From an uncultured Nitrospiraceae bacterium (GTDB lineage: Bacteria > Nitrospirota > Thermodesulfovibrionia > Thermodesulfovibrionales > Dissulfurispiraceae): 51,760 bases of DNA. The DNA is taken from contig CAMTVO010000019.1 in the NCBI GenBank assembly GCA_947085205.1, positions 1-51,760 on the forward strand, read 5' to 3'. The stretch's first letter is position 1, and every line of letters begins with the position of its first letter. Both the position numbers and the translations under genes were made by a program. This document shows positions 40,284 through 50,167 of this stretch, piece after piece. The notes under the pieces were generated by a model. The model saw nothing but the letters and a program-made list of their open reading frames with translations, was not told where the DNA came from and ran no database searches.

Positions 40284-41741
40284 TTGAAACTTAATGAATT
40301 GACCATTGCTGAGTTGAGAAGACTTCTTGATAACAGAGAGATAAAACCTCATGAAGTCCTTGACGATATATACAACCGCATTGACAGCGTAGAAGATAAG
40401 GTAAAGTCTTTCATTACCGTAACAAAAGACCATGCCTATGAAATGGCAAAGAATGCAGAGCAGGCAATCCTTTCGAACAAGCAATCTCTTCTTACCGGCA
40501 TACCTGTTGCCGTAAAGGACAATATGTGCACAAAGGGGATATTGACTACCTGTGCATCCATGATTCTGAATAATTTTATCCCTCCTTATGAGAGCGCTGT
40601 AACTGCAAGATTAAAAGAACAGGGTTATGTCCTTGTCGGAAAGACAAACCTCGATGAGTTTGCGATGGGGTCTTCAACAGAAAATTCAGGTTTTCATACA
40701 ACCAGAAATCCGTGGGATTTGGAGCGCGTTCCGGGCGGAAGCAGCGGCGGCTCTGCTGCTGCGGTTGCCGCCGGTGAATGCATAGCGGCGCTCGGCTCAG
40801 ACACAGGCGGCTCGATACGGCAGCCTGCGGCGCTTTGCGGCGTTGTGGGTTTAAAGCCGACGTACGGAAGAGTTTCGAGATACGGTCTCGTAGCCTTCGC
40901 CTCTTCGCTCGACCAGATAGGCCCTATCACAAAGAATGTTACGGACACGGCGATAATGCTGAACGCCGTGGCGGGGCATGACCCGCTCGATTCCACGTCG
41001 GCGCCTGCGGAAGTTCCTGATTTTGCAAAGTTCCTCGGTCAGGATATAACGGGTTTGAAGATAGGCATTCCAAAGGAATATTTTATCGAGGGAATGGACA
41101 AAGAGGTGGATGATGCGGTTCGCTCGGCAATAAAGAAGCTCGAAGCGCTGGGAGCAATTCCGGTTGAGGTTTCCCTTCCGCACACAGGTTATGCAGTTGC
41201 TGCATATTACATACTCGCCACATCCGAGGCTTCTTCGAATCTCGCGAGGTATGATGGAGTTAAGTACGGATTCAGGGCTTCCGGCGGAAAAGATCTGCTC
41301 GAAATGTATATGAATACAAGGTCTCAGGGATTCGGAGCAGAGGTTAAGAGGAGGATAATGCTCGGCACCTATGCCCTTTCTGCAGGATATTATGACGCAT
41401 ATTACAAAAAAGGTCAGCAGGCAAGGACACTGATAAAGCAGGACTTTGACAATGCCTTTAAAAATGTGGATGTAATTGTTACACCGACATCGCCGAGCGC
41501 TGCATTCAGGGTCGGAGAGAAGTCTGCAAATCCGCTACAGATGTATCTTTCGGACATATTTACAATATCGGTAAATCTTTCAGGTGTGCCGGCAATCTCA
41601 ATTCCGTGCGGGTTCACTAAGGACAATCTGCCAATAGGTCTTCAGATAATAGGAAGGCATTTCGATGAAGATGCTATATTGAAGATTGCCTATGCATATG
41701 AGCAGAGCACAGAGTGGCATCTGAGGAGGCCGCAGCTATGA
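40284..41741 (+). CDS. gatA: Asp/Glu-tRNA amidotransferase subunit A
   Basis: GIPVAVKDN, amidase signature [33 protein letters not shown]. Confidence 0.98.
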   Translation: MKLNELTIAELRRLLDNREIKPHEVLDDIYNRIDSVEDKVKSFITVTKDHAYEMAKNAEQAILSNKQSLLTGIPVAVKDNMCTKGILTTCASMILNNFIPPYESAVTARLKEQGYVLVGKTNLDEFAMGSSTENSGFHTTRNPWDLERVPGGSSGGSAAAVAAGECIAALGSDTGGSIRQPAALCGVVGLKPTYGRVSRYGLVAFASSLDQIGPITKNVTDTAIMLNAVAGHDPLDSTSAPAEVPDFAKFLGQDITGLKIGIPKEYFIEGMDKEVDDAVRSAIKKLEALGAIPVEVSLPHTGYAVAAYYILATSEASSNLARYDGVKYGFRASGGKDLLEMYMNTRSQGFGAEVKRRIMLGTYALSAGYYDAYYKKGQQARTLIKQDFDNAFKNVDVIVTPTSPSAAFRVGEKSANPLQMYLSDIFTISVNLSGVPAISIPCGFTKDNLPIGLQIIGRHFDEDAILKIAYAYEQSTEWHLRRPQL

Positions 41742-43201
41742 AGTCTGGAGTCAGGAGTCAGGAGTCAGGAGTCGAAAAATACGAAGCGGTAATCGGTCTT
41801 GAAGTCCATGCACAGATGCTCACAGACACAAAGATATTCTGCGGATGCTCCACGAAATTCGGCTCAGAGCCGAATACCCAGACATGCCCTGTATGCATCG
41901 GAATGCCCGGAGTGCTGCCCGTTCTTAACAAAAAGGCGCTTGAATTTACGATAAAGACAGGGCTTGCTACGCATTGTAAAATATCCCCATACAGCAGGTT
42001 TGCGAGAAAGAACTACTTTTATCCCGACCTTCCAAAAGGCTATCAGATAAGTCAGTACGAGCTTCCCATATGCGAGGGAGGTTATATAGAGATTGTGGCT
42101 GACGGTGAAGTAAAGAGAATAGGAATCACAAGGATTCATATGGAGGAGGACGCAGGCAAGAATATCCACGAAGGCGGAGGGCATTACAGTTTTGTTGATT
42201 TAAACCGTGCAGGAGTTCCTTTGATGGAGATTGTTTCCGAGCCTGACATTAGAAGCCCTGAAGAGGCGGCGGAGTATATGAAGAAGATGAGGACAATACT
42301 TCGTTATCTGGGCGTATGTGACGGTAACATGGAGCAGGGTTCTCTCAGATGCGATGCTAATGTGTCTATAAGGTCTGTTGGGCAGAAGGAATTTGGCGTA
42401 AAAACCGAATTAAAGAACATAAATTCATTCAAATTTGTTGAGAAGGCGCTTGATTATGAGATAAGGCGCCAGATAAAGGTTCTCGAAGAGGGCGGCAAAA
42501 TAATACAGGAGACGAGGCTCTGGGATACCGCAACGAACACAACGCAGTCCATGAGGTCAAAGGAAGAGGCGCACGACTACCGCTATTTCCCCGAGCCTGA
42601 CCTCGTGCCGATAGTTGTAAATCAGGAATGGATTGACGAAATTAAGTCCACACTTCCAGAGCTTCCTGATGCAAAAAGGGAGCGTTTTGTAACCCAATAC
42701 GGCCTTCCCGAATATGATGCTGAGCTTCTTACCTCTGAGAGGGCTATTGCAGACTGGTATGAAGATGCAGTTAATGTAGGAGTCCAGCCCAAGGCAGTAT
42801 CCAACTGGATGATGGGTGAGTTGATGAGGATGCTCAATGAGGAGAGTAAATCCATAGAAGAATGCCCTTTAAAGCCTGACCAGCTTGCAGGGATGCTTAA
42901 GCTCATAGATGATGCAACCATAAGCGGCAAGATAGCGAAGACCGTTTTTGAAGAGATGTACAGAAGCGGAAAGGATGCGGATACAATTGTTAAGGAGAAA
43001 GGGCTTGTCCAGATAAGCGATGAGGGCGCAATAGAGAAGGTAGTGGATGAAATACTTTTAAAGAATGTAAAAGAGGTCGAAAGATACAAGGCAGGAGAGG
43101 AAAAACTGTTAGGTTTCTTTGTAGGGCTGGTTATGAAGGAAACAAAGGGCAAGGCAAACCCGCAGATATTGAATGAACTGGTAAAGAAAAAATTAAGCTA
43201 A
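41738..43201 (+). CDS. gatB: Asp/Glu-tRNA amidotransferase subunit B (start ATG overlaps the gatA stop)
   Basis: [51 protein letters not shown]. Confidence 0.98.
   Translation: MKSGVRSQESGVEKYEAVIGLEVHAQMLTDTKIFCGCSTKFGSEPNTQTCPVCIGMPGVLPVLNKKALEFTIKTGLATHCKISPYSRFARKNYFYPDLPKGYQISQYELPICEGGYIEIVADGEVKRIGITRIHMEEDAGKNIHEGGGHYSFVDLNRAGVPLMEIVSEPDIRSPEEAAEYMKKMRTILRYLGVCDGNMEQGSLRCDANVSIRSVGQKEFGVKTELKNINSFKFVEKALDYEIRRQIKVLEEGGKIIQETRLWDTATNTTQSMRSKEEAHDYRYFPEPDLVPIVVNQEWIDEIKSTLPELPDAKRERFVTQYGLPEYDAELLTSERAIADWYEDAVNVGVQPKAVSNWMMGELMRMLNEESKSIEECPLKPDQLAGMLKLIDDATISGKIAKTVFEEMYRSGKDADTIVKEKGLVQISDEGAIEKVVDEILLKNVKEVERYKAGEEKLLGFFVGLVMKETKGKANPQILNELVKKKLS
41742..41773. repeat. Heptamer tandem repeat translated at the GatB N-terminus
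   Basis: AGTCTGG AGTCAGG AGTCAGG AGTCAGG AGTC; encodes [11 protein letters not shown]. Confidence 0.85.
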
Positions 43202-43332
43202 AATACTTGAAAAATTTTATCGGTACAATATATTATTATGCCCGATTAAAAGTTCCTTAAATGGGAAGACCAATCTCCGATTTGGGATGAAACAAGACAC
43301 AGTAGATAATGGAAAATCCGGCTTAACATGCA

Positions 43333-43348
43333 TGGCATGTTAGTTGCT
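43333..43348 (+). promoter_or_regulatory. Sigma54 (-24/-12) promoter of the cytochrome genes
   Basis: TGGCATGTTAGTTGCT: GG-N10-GC with TGGCA and TTGC consensus. Confidence 0.75.
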
Positions 43349-43385
43349 AATTTAATAAATGCAGGTAAGGAAAAGGGATGAATGT

Positions 43386-43703
43386 ATGAGGATTCTTACA
43401 GCAGTATTGGCCGTCTTAATAGTAGTCGTTTTTATCGGCAGCGCTATGGCGGTTCCTCCCGGGAAGACTGTAGAATTTAAGGGCAGTCCAATGGGTAAAG
43501 TCACACTGGAAGGCAAGACCCATGCAGAGAAGGGACTTACATGTATGGATTGTCACACAAAAATATTCCAGATGAAAAAGGGTACTGCTAAGATGAAGAT
43601 GGCAGACATAAATGCCGGAAAATTCTGCGGTGAATGTCACAACGGCACAAAGGCATTTAAGGCAAGCGATGCAGCAAATTGCATAAAGTGTCATAAAAAA
43701 TAG
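43386..43703 (+). CDS. Periplasmic triheme c7-type cytochrome
   Basis: Signal peptide ending AMA; CMDCH, CGECH, CIKCH; GKFCGECHNG..AF pattern of c7-type domains. Confidence 0.9.
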   Translation: MRILTAVLAVLIVVVFIGSAMAVPPGKTVEFKGSPMGKVTLEGKTHAEKGLTCMDCHTKIFQMKKGTAKMKMADINAGKFCGECHNGTKAFKASDAANCIKCHKK

Positions 43704-43803
43704 AGGCAAAGCAGGCAAAAATCTAATACAGTTGTAATGCTTTGATTTTCAAGGGGTTGCAAAATTTTTGAACAGGCTCAGTTAAGGAAAGGAGGTGAAG
43801 ATA

Positions 43804-44085
43804 ATGAAGAAAATATCAGCAATTCTTCTTGCCATTGTTATGGTAATGGCATTTGCAACAGTTTCCATGGCAGGATGGGATAAGTGTAAGGCGTGCCATA
43901 AAGAGACAGGGGATCCTATGAAAATAGCAGAAAAATCTGTTTCAACAAAGGCTGAGTTATTAAAGAAGTTTAAGACAGCCGACGCACTTGTTAAGGCTGC
44001 AAAGGATTCAACGAATCCAATGATGAATGCCTTTAAGGACGATGCCATGTTGAAGGCAGCAGCAAAAGACTTGAAGCTTAAATAA
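43804..44085 (+). CDS. Small periplasmic monoheme cytochrome c
   Basis: SD GGAGG, signal peptide ending SMA, CKACH, C-terminal NPMM candidate Met ligand. Confidence 0.8.
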   Translation: MKKISAILLAIVMVMAFATVSMAGWDKCKACHKETGDPMKIAEKSVSTKAELLKKFKTADALVKAAKDSTNPMMNAFKDDAMLKAAAKDLKLK

Positions 44086-44097
44086 TTCAGTCTAATC

Positions 44098-44130
44098 AAA
44101 AAGAGGGATGAATATCTTCATCCCTCTTTT
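44098..44130. terminator. Bidirectional intrinsic terminator
   Basis: AAAAAGAGGGATGAA-TATC-TTCATCCCTCTTTT between convergent genes. Confidence 0.9.
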
Positions 44131-44170
44131 ATTATCTTTTGTCAGCTTATATCAAGTAACTATTAATTTG

Positions 44171-45088
44171 CTATTTTACATACGTGAGCCACGATTCGTA
44201 TTTCTTGTTCCTGCCTTTGACTATATCAAAGAAGGTGGTCTGTAATTTCTTGGTGATTTTGCCCCTCTTGCCTTCTCCTATGATTCTTCCATCCAGTTCC
44301 CTTATAGGTGTAACCTCAGCTGCCGTGCCTGTGAAGAATGCCTCGTCAGCAATATAGACCTCGTCCCTTGTGAACCTTTCCTCTCTGACCTCTATGCCTG
44401 CATTTTTCGCTATGGTAATTATGCTACCCCTTGTTATGCCTTCCAATACCGAGGTAAGGGAGGTTGTCTTCAATACGCCATTTCTCACGATAAAGATATT
44501 CTCTCCGCTCCCTTCGGACACATATCCTTCCGTATCGAGCAAAAGCGCTTCGTCATAGCCGCAGGAGATTGCCTCTTTCTTTGCAATCTGTGAATTTACA
44601 TAGTAGCCGCATACCTTGCCGCGCGACATGTTTGAGTTAACATGATTCCTTATGAATGATGCAACTTTCACTCTTATGCCTTTTTCGAGACCTTCTTCGC
44701 CCAGATATGCGCCCCAAGGCCATGTTGCTATCGCGAGATTTATCGGATTGCCCTTTGGATAAATGCCCATTGCACCGTATCCTATATACACCAGCGGCCT
44801 GATATAGCACTCCTTCAGTTTGTTTACCTTTACGGTATCTATAACCGCCTTTTTGATTTCATTCTCTGTAAAGGGTATTTCCAGAAGGAAGATGTGTGCC
44901 GACTGGAATAGCCTCTTTACATGCTCGTCGAGCCTGAAGATGGCCGGGCCTTTCGGGGTGTTGTAACAGCGTATGCCCTCGAATGCGCCGAGTCCGTAAT
45001 GGAGCGTATGGGTCATGATGTGGACATTTGCATTGTCCCATTTTACGAACTCTCCGTCCATCCATATCTTTTCTGTTTTGTTAATCAT
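44171..45088 (-). CDS. ilvE: Branched-chain amino acid aminotransferase
   Basis: [44 protein letters not shown]. Confidence 0.97.
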   Translation of the reverse strand: MINKTEKIWMDGEFVKWDNANVHIMTHTLHYGLGAFEGIRCYNTPKGPAIFRLDEHVKRLFQSAHIFLLEIPFTENEIKKAVIDTVKVNKLKECYIRPLVYIGYGAMGIYPKGNPINLAIATWPWGAYLGEEGLEKGIRVKVASFIRNHVNSNMSRGKVCGYYVNSQIAKKEAISCGYDEALLLDTEGYVSEGSGENIFIVRNGVLKTTSLTSVLEGITRGSIITIAKNAGIEVREERFTRDEVYIADEAFFTGTAAEVTPIRELDGRIIGEGKRGKITKKLQTTFFDIVKGRNKKYESWLTYVK

Positions 45089-45156
45089 AAGTTATATTTA
45101 TAGCAGTAGTATATTGGCTGTGTCAATTGGAAATTGGGCATATTAAAAACATTTAT

Positions 45157-46470
45157 ATGAAAAAGCTGATTATAATCGGAGGCGGCCTTGCAGGGTGCGA
45201 GGCTGCATGGCAGGCTGCAAGGCAGGGCGCTGATGTCCTCCTTTTTGAGATGAGGCCTGAGAGAATGACAGAGGCTCATAAAACCTCTTCTCTGGCAGAG
45301 CTTGTCTGCTCAAATTCTTTGAGGTCAAAGGAGATAATCACCGGTGCAGGGCTTTTGAAAAAGGAACTTGAACTTGCCGGCTCTTTGATAATGAAGGCGG
45401 CAAAGGAAGCGGAAGTTTCTGCAGGCTCTGCACTTGCGGTTGATAGAAATATCTTTTCAGAATTTATAACAATGGCTGTAGAGGGACATCCGAATATAAA
45501 AGTCGTCAGAAATGAGATTACAGAGCTTCCCGATTCCATAGCCGTCATAGCCACGGGACCTCTTACATCGAGTTCGATGGCTGATTCCATAAAGGCTGTT
45601 ATCGGAGACGAGCATTTACATTTTTATGATGCAATAGCGCCTATAATAGATGCTGAAAGCATCGACTACTCAAAGATATATCTCTCTTCACGCTACGGCA
45701 AAGGCGGAGACGACTATGTAAACTGTCCTATGACCAAAGAAGAATACGAGAAGTTTTACGATGCATTGACCGAGGCGGATATTGTTGCAGCAAAGGATTT
45801 TGAGGATATAAAGGTCTTTGAGGGATGCATGCCTGTGGAGGTCATGGCAAAGAGGGGCAGGGACACTCTCAGATTCGGCCCATTAAAACCGGTCGGCCTG
45901 CCTGACCCGAAGACAGGCAAGCCGCCGTATGCCGTTGTTCAGTTAAGGCCTGAAAACAGGGAGAGGACCGCATACAATATAGTCGGCTTTCAGACAAGGC
46001 TTAAATGGCTTGAACAGAAAAAGGTCTTCAGGATGATTCCCGGCCTTGAGAATGCCGAGTTTTTGCGGTTCGGGAGCATCCATAGGAATACATACATAAA
46101 CTCTCCGCGGCATTTAAATCCCGCCCTCACCTTAAAAGAAAAAGACAATATATACCTTGCAGGTCAGATTACAGGCGTTGAGGGATACATAGAGTCAACG
46201 GCAATGGGTCTGATAGCGGGTATAAATGCAGCAAGGAGGATGATGGATAAGGATGTAATCCATTCTCCGAAAAAATCCGCTCACGGCTCGCTGATTCGTC
46301 ATATAATAGAATCAGACCCAAAATATTTCCAGCCGAGTAATATAAATTTCGGGCTTATGCCTGCGGATGAAGATATTCTCAGGACAAGGGACAAAAAGCT
46401 CAGAAGGCAGAAGATTGTGGAGATTGCATTGATGGAATGGACGGAATATACTAATAGGGTGATAGCATGA
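45157..46470 (+). CDS. trmFO: tRNA (uracil-54) methyltransferase TrmFO (probable start at ATG 45157)
   Basis: IIGGGLAGCEAAW, ELVCSNS, FYDAIAPI, FEGCMPVE, HRNTY, AGQITGVEGY. Confidence 0.97.
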   Translation: MKKLIIIGGGLAGCEAAWQAARQGADVLLFEMRPERMTEAHKTSSLAELVCSNSLRSKEIITGAGLLKKELELAGSLIMKAAKEAEVSAGSALAVDRNIFSEFITMAVEGHPNIKVVRNEITELPDSIAVIATGPLTSSSMADSIKAVIGDEHLHFYDAIAPIIDAESIDYSKIYLSSRYGKGGDDYVNCPMTKEEYEKFYDALTEADIVAAKDFEDIKVFEGCMPVEVMAKRGRDTLRFGPLKPVGLPDPKTGKPPYAVVQLRPENRERTAYNIVGFQTRLKWLEQKKVFRMIPGLENAEFLRFGSIHRNTYINSPRHLNPALTLKEKDNIYLAGQITGVEGYIESTAMGLIAGINAARRMMDKDVIHSPKKSAHGSLIRHIIESDPKYFQPSNINFGLMPADEDILRTRDKKLRRQKIVEIALMEWTEYTNRVIA

Positions 46471-47384
46471 AAGACGGATTAGACGCATACATTAAAAAAT
46501 TTCTGAAATACCTTGAGATAGAGAGGAATGTATCTTCTCATACTCTCAGGGCTTATAAAAGGGATTTGAAGGATTTTTCTGAATACTGCAATTCAAATCC
46601 CGAAAATATAGACATGATTGACATAAGGGGATTCATCTCCGAGTTGATAAACAAAAGAAAGTCAAAGACCACTGTCTCGAGGAAGCTTGCGACCCTCAGG
46701 TCTTTTCTCAGCTATCTATACCAGGAGGGATATGTAAAGATCAATCAGGCAAAGCTCGTTCCGACTCCAAAGGCACCAAAGCATCTGCCTAACTTTTTAT
46801 CTATTGATGATGTCTTCAATCTCGTCCAGAGCCCTGAAGGCATAGGACTTCTGCCTGTAAGGGACAGGGCCATACTTGAATTGCTCTATTCAAGCGGCTT
46901 GAGAGTGAGCGAAGTTGCAGGCCTTAATATCGATGACTTGAACATGAGGGACGGCATGGTCAAGGTAAGGGGAAAGGGCAAAAAAGAGAGGGTTGTCCCA
47001 GTAGGCAATAAGGCTATCGATGCGCTCAAATCCTACCTTATTGAAAGAAAGCTTTATAAAAAGAAGAAATCGATTTCAGACAGCGACAATGCGCTGTTTT
47101 TAAATAGGGACGGCGGAAGGCTGACAGACAGGCAGATAAGGCGCATTGTTGTAAAATATGCCCGTGCAATCGGAATCGATGGACAAATAGGTCCCCATGC
47201 ACTGCGCCATACATTCGCTACACATATGCTGTTCGGCGGCGCAGACCTGAGGGTAATTCAGGAGCTTTTGGGTCATTCATCACTTTCGACAACACAAAAA
47301 TATACACATCTCGATATAGGGCATCTGATCGATGTTTATGATAAGGCGCATCCTTTTTCAAAGGACGAAAATAAAAAATCTTGA
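46467..47384 (+). CDS. xerC: Tyrosine recombinase XerC
   Basis: [46 protein letters not shown]; trmFO-xerC-hslVU context. Confidence 0.93.
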   Translation: MKDGLDAYIKKFLKYLEIERNVSSHTLRAYKRDLKDFSEYCNSNPENIDMIDIRGFISELINKRKSKTTVSRKLATLRSFLSYLYQEGYVKINQAKLVPTPKAPKHLPNFLSIDDVFNLVQSPEGIGLLPVRDRAILELLYSSGLRVSEVAGLNIDDLNMRDGMVKVRGKGKKERVVPVGNKAIDALKSYLIERKLYKKKKSISDSDNALFLNRDGGRLTDRQIRRIVVKYARAIGIDGQIGPHALRHTFATHMLFGGADLRVIQELLGHSSLSTTQKYTHLDIGHLIDVYDKAHPFSKDENKKS

Positions 47385-47430
47385 ACAACGTTGAACAATT
47401 TTTGAGCCATTTGAACAATGTTGAACTATC
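47381..47430. repeat. ~10-mer tandem repeat between xerC and hslV
   Basis: TTGAACAACG TTGAACAATT T TTGAGCCAT TTGAACAATG TTGAACTATC. Confidence 0.7.
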
Positions 47431-47446
47431 TAAGCAAGGGGGAGAT

Positions 47447-47980
47447 ATGTTTCACGGCACAACGATTTTATGTGTAAGGCGTAATGGAAAGGTTGCAATT
47501 GCAAGCGACGGGCAGGTGACGATGGGAAACACCGTACTGAAGCATAATGCCAAAAAGATAAGAAAAATGTATAATGATAAAATACTCGCAGGCTTTGCAG
47601 GAGCGACTGCAGACGCATTCACCCTTTTTGAGAGATTTGAATCGAAGCTTGAGGCATACAGGGGGAATATCACAAGGGCTGCTGTTGAGCTTGCAAAGGA
47701 CTGGAGGACCGATAAGATTTTAAGGAGGCTTGAGGCATTGCTGATTGTGGCGGACAATGAACATACACTTATACTTTCAGGGACAGGAGATGTAATAGAG
47801 CCTGAAGGCGGAGTTTCAGCAATTGGCTCCGGCGGCCCTTTTGCCCAGTCAGCAGCAAGGGCATTATATGAAAATACAGACCTCCCTGCATTGGAGATAG
47901 TAAAAAAGTCTATGGATATAGCAGCAGACATATGCATTTATACAAATAAAAATATTACATCAGAGGAGTTAAATGGATAA
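47447..47980 (+). CDS. hslV: ATP-dependent protease subunit HslV
   Basis: MFHG-TTIL (catalytic Thr), [29 protein letters not shown]. Confidence 0.97.
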   Translation: MFHGTTILCVRRNGKVAIASDGQVTMGNTVLKHNAKKIRKMYNDKILAGFAGATADAFTLFERFESKLEAYRGNITRAAVELAKDWRTDKILRRLEALLIVADNEHTLILSGTGDVIEPEGGVSAIGSGGPFAQSAARALYENTDLPALEIVKKSMDIAADICIYTNKNITSEELNG

Positions 47981-49313
47981 CTTTACACCTAAGAAGATTG
48001 TCGAAGAGCTTGATAAGTATATCATCGGCCAGGATAAGGCAAAAAAGGCGGTTGCCATTGCATTGAGGAACAGATGGAGGAGGCAGAGGCTTTCTCCAGA
48101 CCTCAAGGATGAGGTGCTGCCGAAAAACATCATCATGATAGGGCCAACAGGCGTAGGCAAGACAGAGATTGCGAGAAGGCTTGCAAGGCTTGCCAATGCG
48201 CCTTTTCTGAAGATAGAGGCATCAAAGTTTACAGAAGTCGGTTATGTAGGCCGCGATGTCGAGTCTATGATAAGGGACATCACCGAAATCTCCATGAACA
48301 TGGTTAAAACAGAGCATATGGGAAAGGTGCAGGAAAAGGCAAAGACCCTCGCAGAAGACAGGGTTTTAGACCTCTTATTGCCGCCTCAGCGAACTGTAAA
48401 AGGCGCTGCTCCTGAGGAGGAAGAGAAAGAAAGCTATAAAGATACAAGGGAGCGTTTGAGAGTGCAATTAAGGGAAGGTAAATTAGATAGCAGATATGTC
48501 GATATTGAAGTAAGGGAAAAGATGATGCCCTTCGGCGTTATATCAAATGTCGGTTTGGAAGAACTTGAGATTAATCTCAAGGAAATGCTTGGAAGTTTTC
48601 TGCCCGAAAAGTCGAAGAGGAAAAAGGTTAAGGTCGCTGAGGCCTTGACAATGCTTGCACAGGAAGAGGCCAATAAACTCATAGACATGGAGAAGGTTAC
48701 AAAAGAGGCTGTAGAGAGGGTGGAGCAGACAGGCATCGTGTTTATAGACGAGATAGATAAGGTCGCAAGCAGAGGGCAGGGATACGGCCCGGATGTATCC
48801 AGAGAAGGAGTCCAGAGGGATCTACTTCCCATTGTTGAAGGTTCGACAGTAGCAACAAAACACGGGCCTGTAAAGACAGAGCATATACTCTTTATCGCTG
48901 CCGGCGCTTTTCACATAGCCAAGCCGTCAGACCTTATTCCTGAACTTCAGGGAAGGTTTCCTATAAGGGTCGAGCTTGAACCGCTCTGGAAAAATGATTT
49001 CGTAAGGATATTAACAGAGCCGCACAATGCCTTGATAAAGCAATACACAGCGCTCCTTGATACGGAAAGCGTAAAACTGGAATTTAAAGAGGACTCTATT
49101 GATGAGATAGCCGACATTGCTGTCACTGTGAATGAAAAGACAGAAAACATAGGAGCGAGAAGGCTTCATACAGTAATAGAAAGGCTTCTTGAGGACGTAT
49201 CCTTTGATGCGCCTGAAATGAAGGACGAAAAGGTTGTCATAGACAGGCAGTATGTAAGAAATAAACTCTCGGATATTGTCAAGGATGAAGACCTCAGCAG
49301 ATATATTCTTTAG
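47973..49313 (+). CDS. hslU: ATP-dependent protease ATPase subunit HslU
   Basis: [45 protein letters not shown]. Confidence 0.98.
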   Translation: MDNFTPKKIVEELDKYIIGQDKAKKAVAIALRNRWRRQRLSPDLKDEVLPKNIIMIGPTGVGKTEIARRLARLANAPFLKIEASKFTEVGYVGRDVESMIRDITEISMNMVKTEHMGKVQEKAKTLAEDRVLDLLLPPQRTVKGAAPEEEEKESYKDTRERLRVQLREGKLDSRYVDIEVREKMMPFGVISNVGLEELEINLKEMLGSFLPEKSKRKKVKVAEALTMLAQEEANKLIDMEKVTKEAVERVEQTGIVFIDEIDKVASRGQGYGPDVSREGVQRDLLPIVEGSTVATKHGPVKTEHILFIAAGAFHIAKPSDLIPELQGRFPIRVELEPLWKNDFVRILTEPHNALIKQYTALLDTESVKLEFKEDSIDEIADIAVTVNEKTENIGARRLHTVIERLLEDVSFDAPEMKDEKVVIDRQYVRNKLSDIVKDEDLSRYIL

Positions 49314-50097
49314 TAAGCAGTTAGCGGAGAGTAGTGATCAGTCAAGAAAAAAATATTTACTGCTTACTGCTCACTGTTTACTGCTTACCTTTATAGTTTC
49401 ATGCACTGCGGCAAGATATGAGACTGTTCCTATAAAGCCTTCTGATAAGCCCTCCGAGAAGAGTGTTGAAAAGCCTCTCGAAAAAGAACAACAGTCTTCT
49501 TCCGGTTTTCAGGAATTCAGGGGCGACAGAAAGAATGTTGTCGCATCATGGTATGGCCCTGACTTTCACGGCAGGCCTACTTCTTCCGGTGAACTGTTTA
49601 ACATGTATGCCCTTACCTGCGCGCATAAAGAGTATCCCTTCGGGACAAAGCTGAAAGTCGTCAATACAAAAAATAGCAAAGAAGTAGAATGCATAGTAAA
49701 TGACAGAGGACCATTCATTGCCGGACGCGACCTCGACCTTTCTTATGCAGCGGCAAAAAAGATAGACCTTGTCGGGCCGGGCACTTCTTCCGTGATGCTG
49801 GAGCCTGTGGGAAGGGACTTGAGGTATGTAAAATATATAAGATACGGTGCATTGAACGGGACTCTGACAATTCAGGTGGGTTCTTTCAAGGACGAGTCGA
49901 ATGCAAAGAGGCTGAAGATGGCGTTGGAGCTTAATCATAAAAATGTGTATGTTATCGAGGCCAATGTCGGCGGCTCTAAGTATTACAGGGTGAGGATAGG
50001 AAAGTTTAATAGCAGGGCGGATGCGGCTAAGATAGGCAATGCCCTTGCGAATGAGGGGTATAATGTGATGGTAACAAAATTCGAACAGCAGATATAA
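49285..50097 (+). CDS. rlpA: Septal ring lytic transglycosylase RlpA (DPBB plus SPOR), lipoprotein; start uncertain
   Basis: Lipobox [42 protein letters not shown] domain IQVGSF...YRVRIG. Confidence 0.9.
   Translation: MKTSADIFFSKQLAESSDQSRKKYLLLTAHCLLLTFIVSCTAARYETVPIKPSDKPSEKSVEKPLEKEQQSSSGFQEFRGDRKNVVASWYGPDFHGRPTSSGELFNMYALTCAHKEYPFGTKLKVVNTKNSKEVECIVNDRGPFIAGRDLDLSYAAAKKIDLVGPGTSSVMLEPVGRDLRYVKYIRYGALNGTLTIQVGSFKDESNAKRLKMALELNHKNVYVIEANVGGSKYYRVRIGKFNSRADAAKIGNALANEGYNVMVTKFEQQI
49312..49388. repeat. Heptamer inverted repeat encoding part of the RlpA signal peptide
   Basis: AGTAAGC AGTTAGC GGAGAGT ... TTTACTG CTTACTG CTCACTG TTTACTG CTTAC; encodes SKQLAES...[12 protein letters not shown]. 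Confidence 0.8.
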
Positions 50098-50167
50098 ACA
50101 GCCTGCATTTTTGATAACATAGAGCGGCAAAGCGTTTTGATAACATATACGGTTTTAATGGAAGCTG

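Noticed and set aside
46467..47384. Tyrosine recombinase as a prophage/island integrase
   Set aside because: Size, motifs and trmFO-xerC-hslVU context indicate housekeeping XerC; no att sites or phage genes seen
47381..47446. Extended HslV N-terminus
   Set aside because: It is translation of the TTGAACAAT repeat; ATG 47447 has its own SD and a short propeptide before the catalytic Thr
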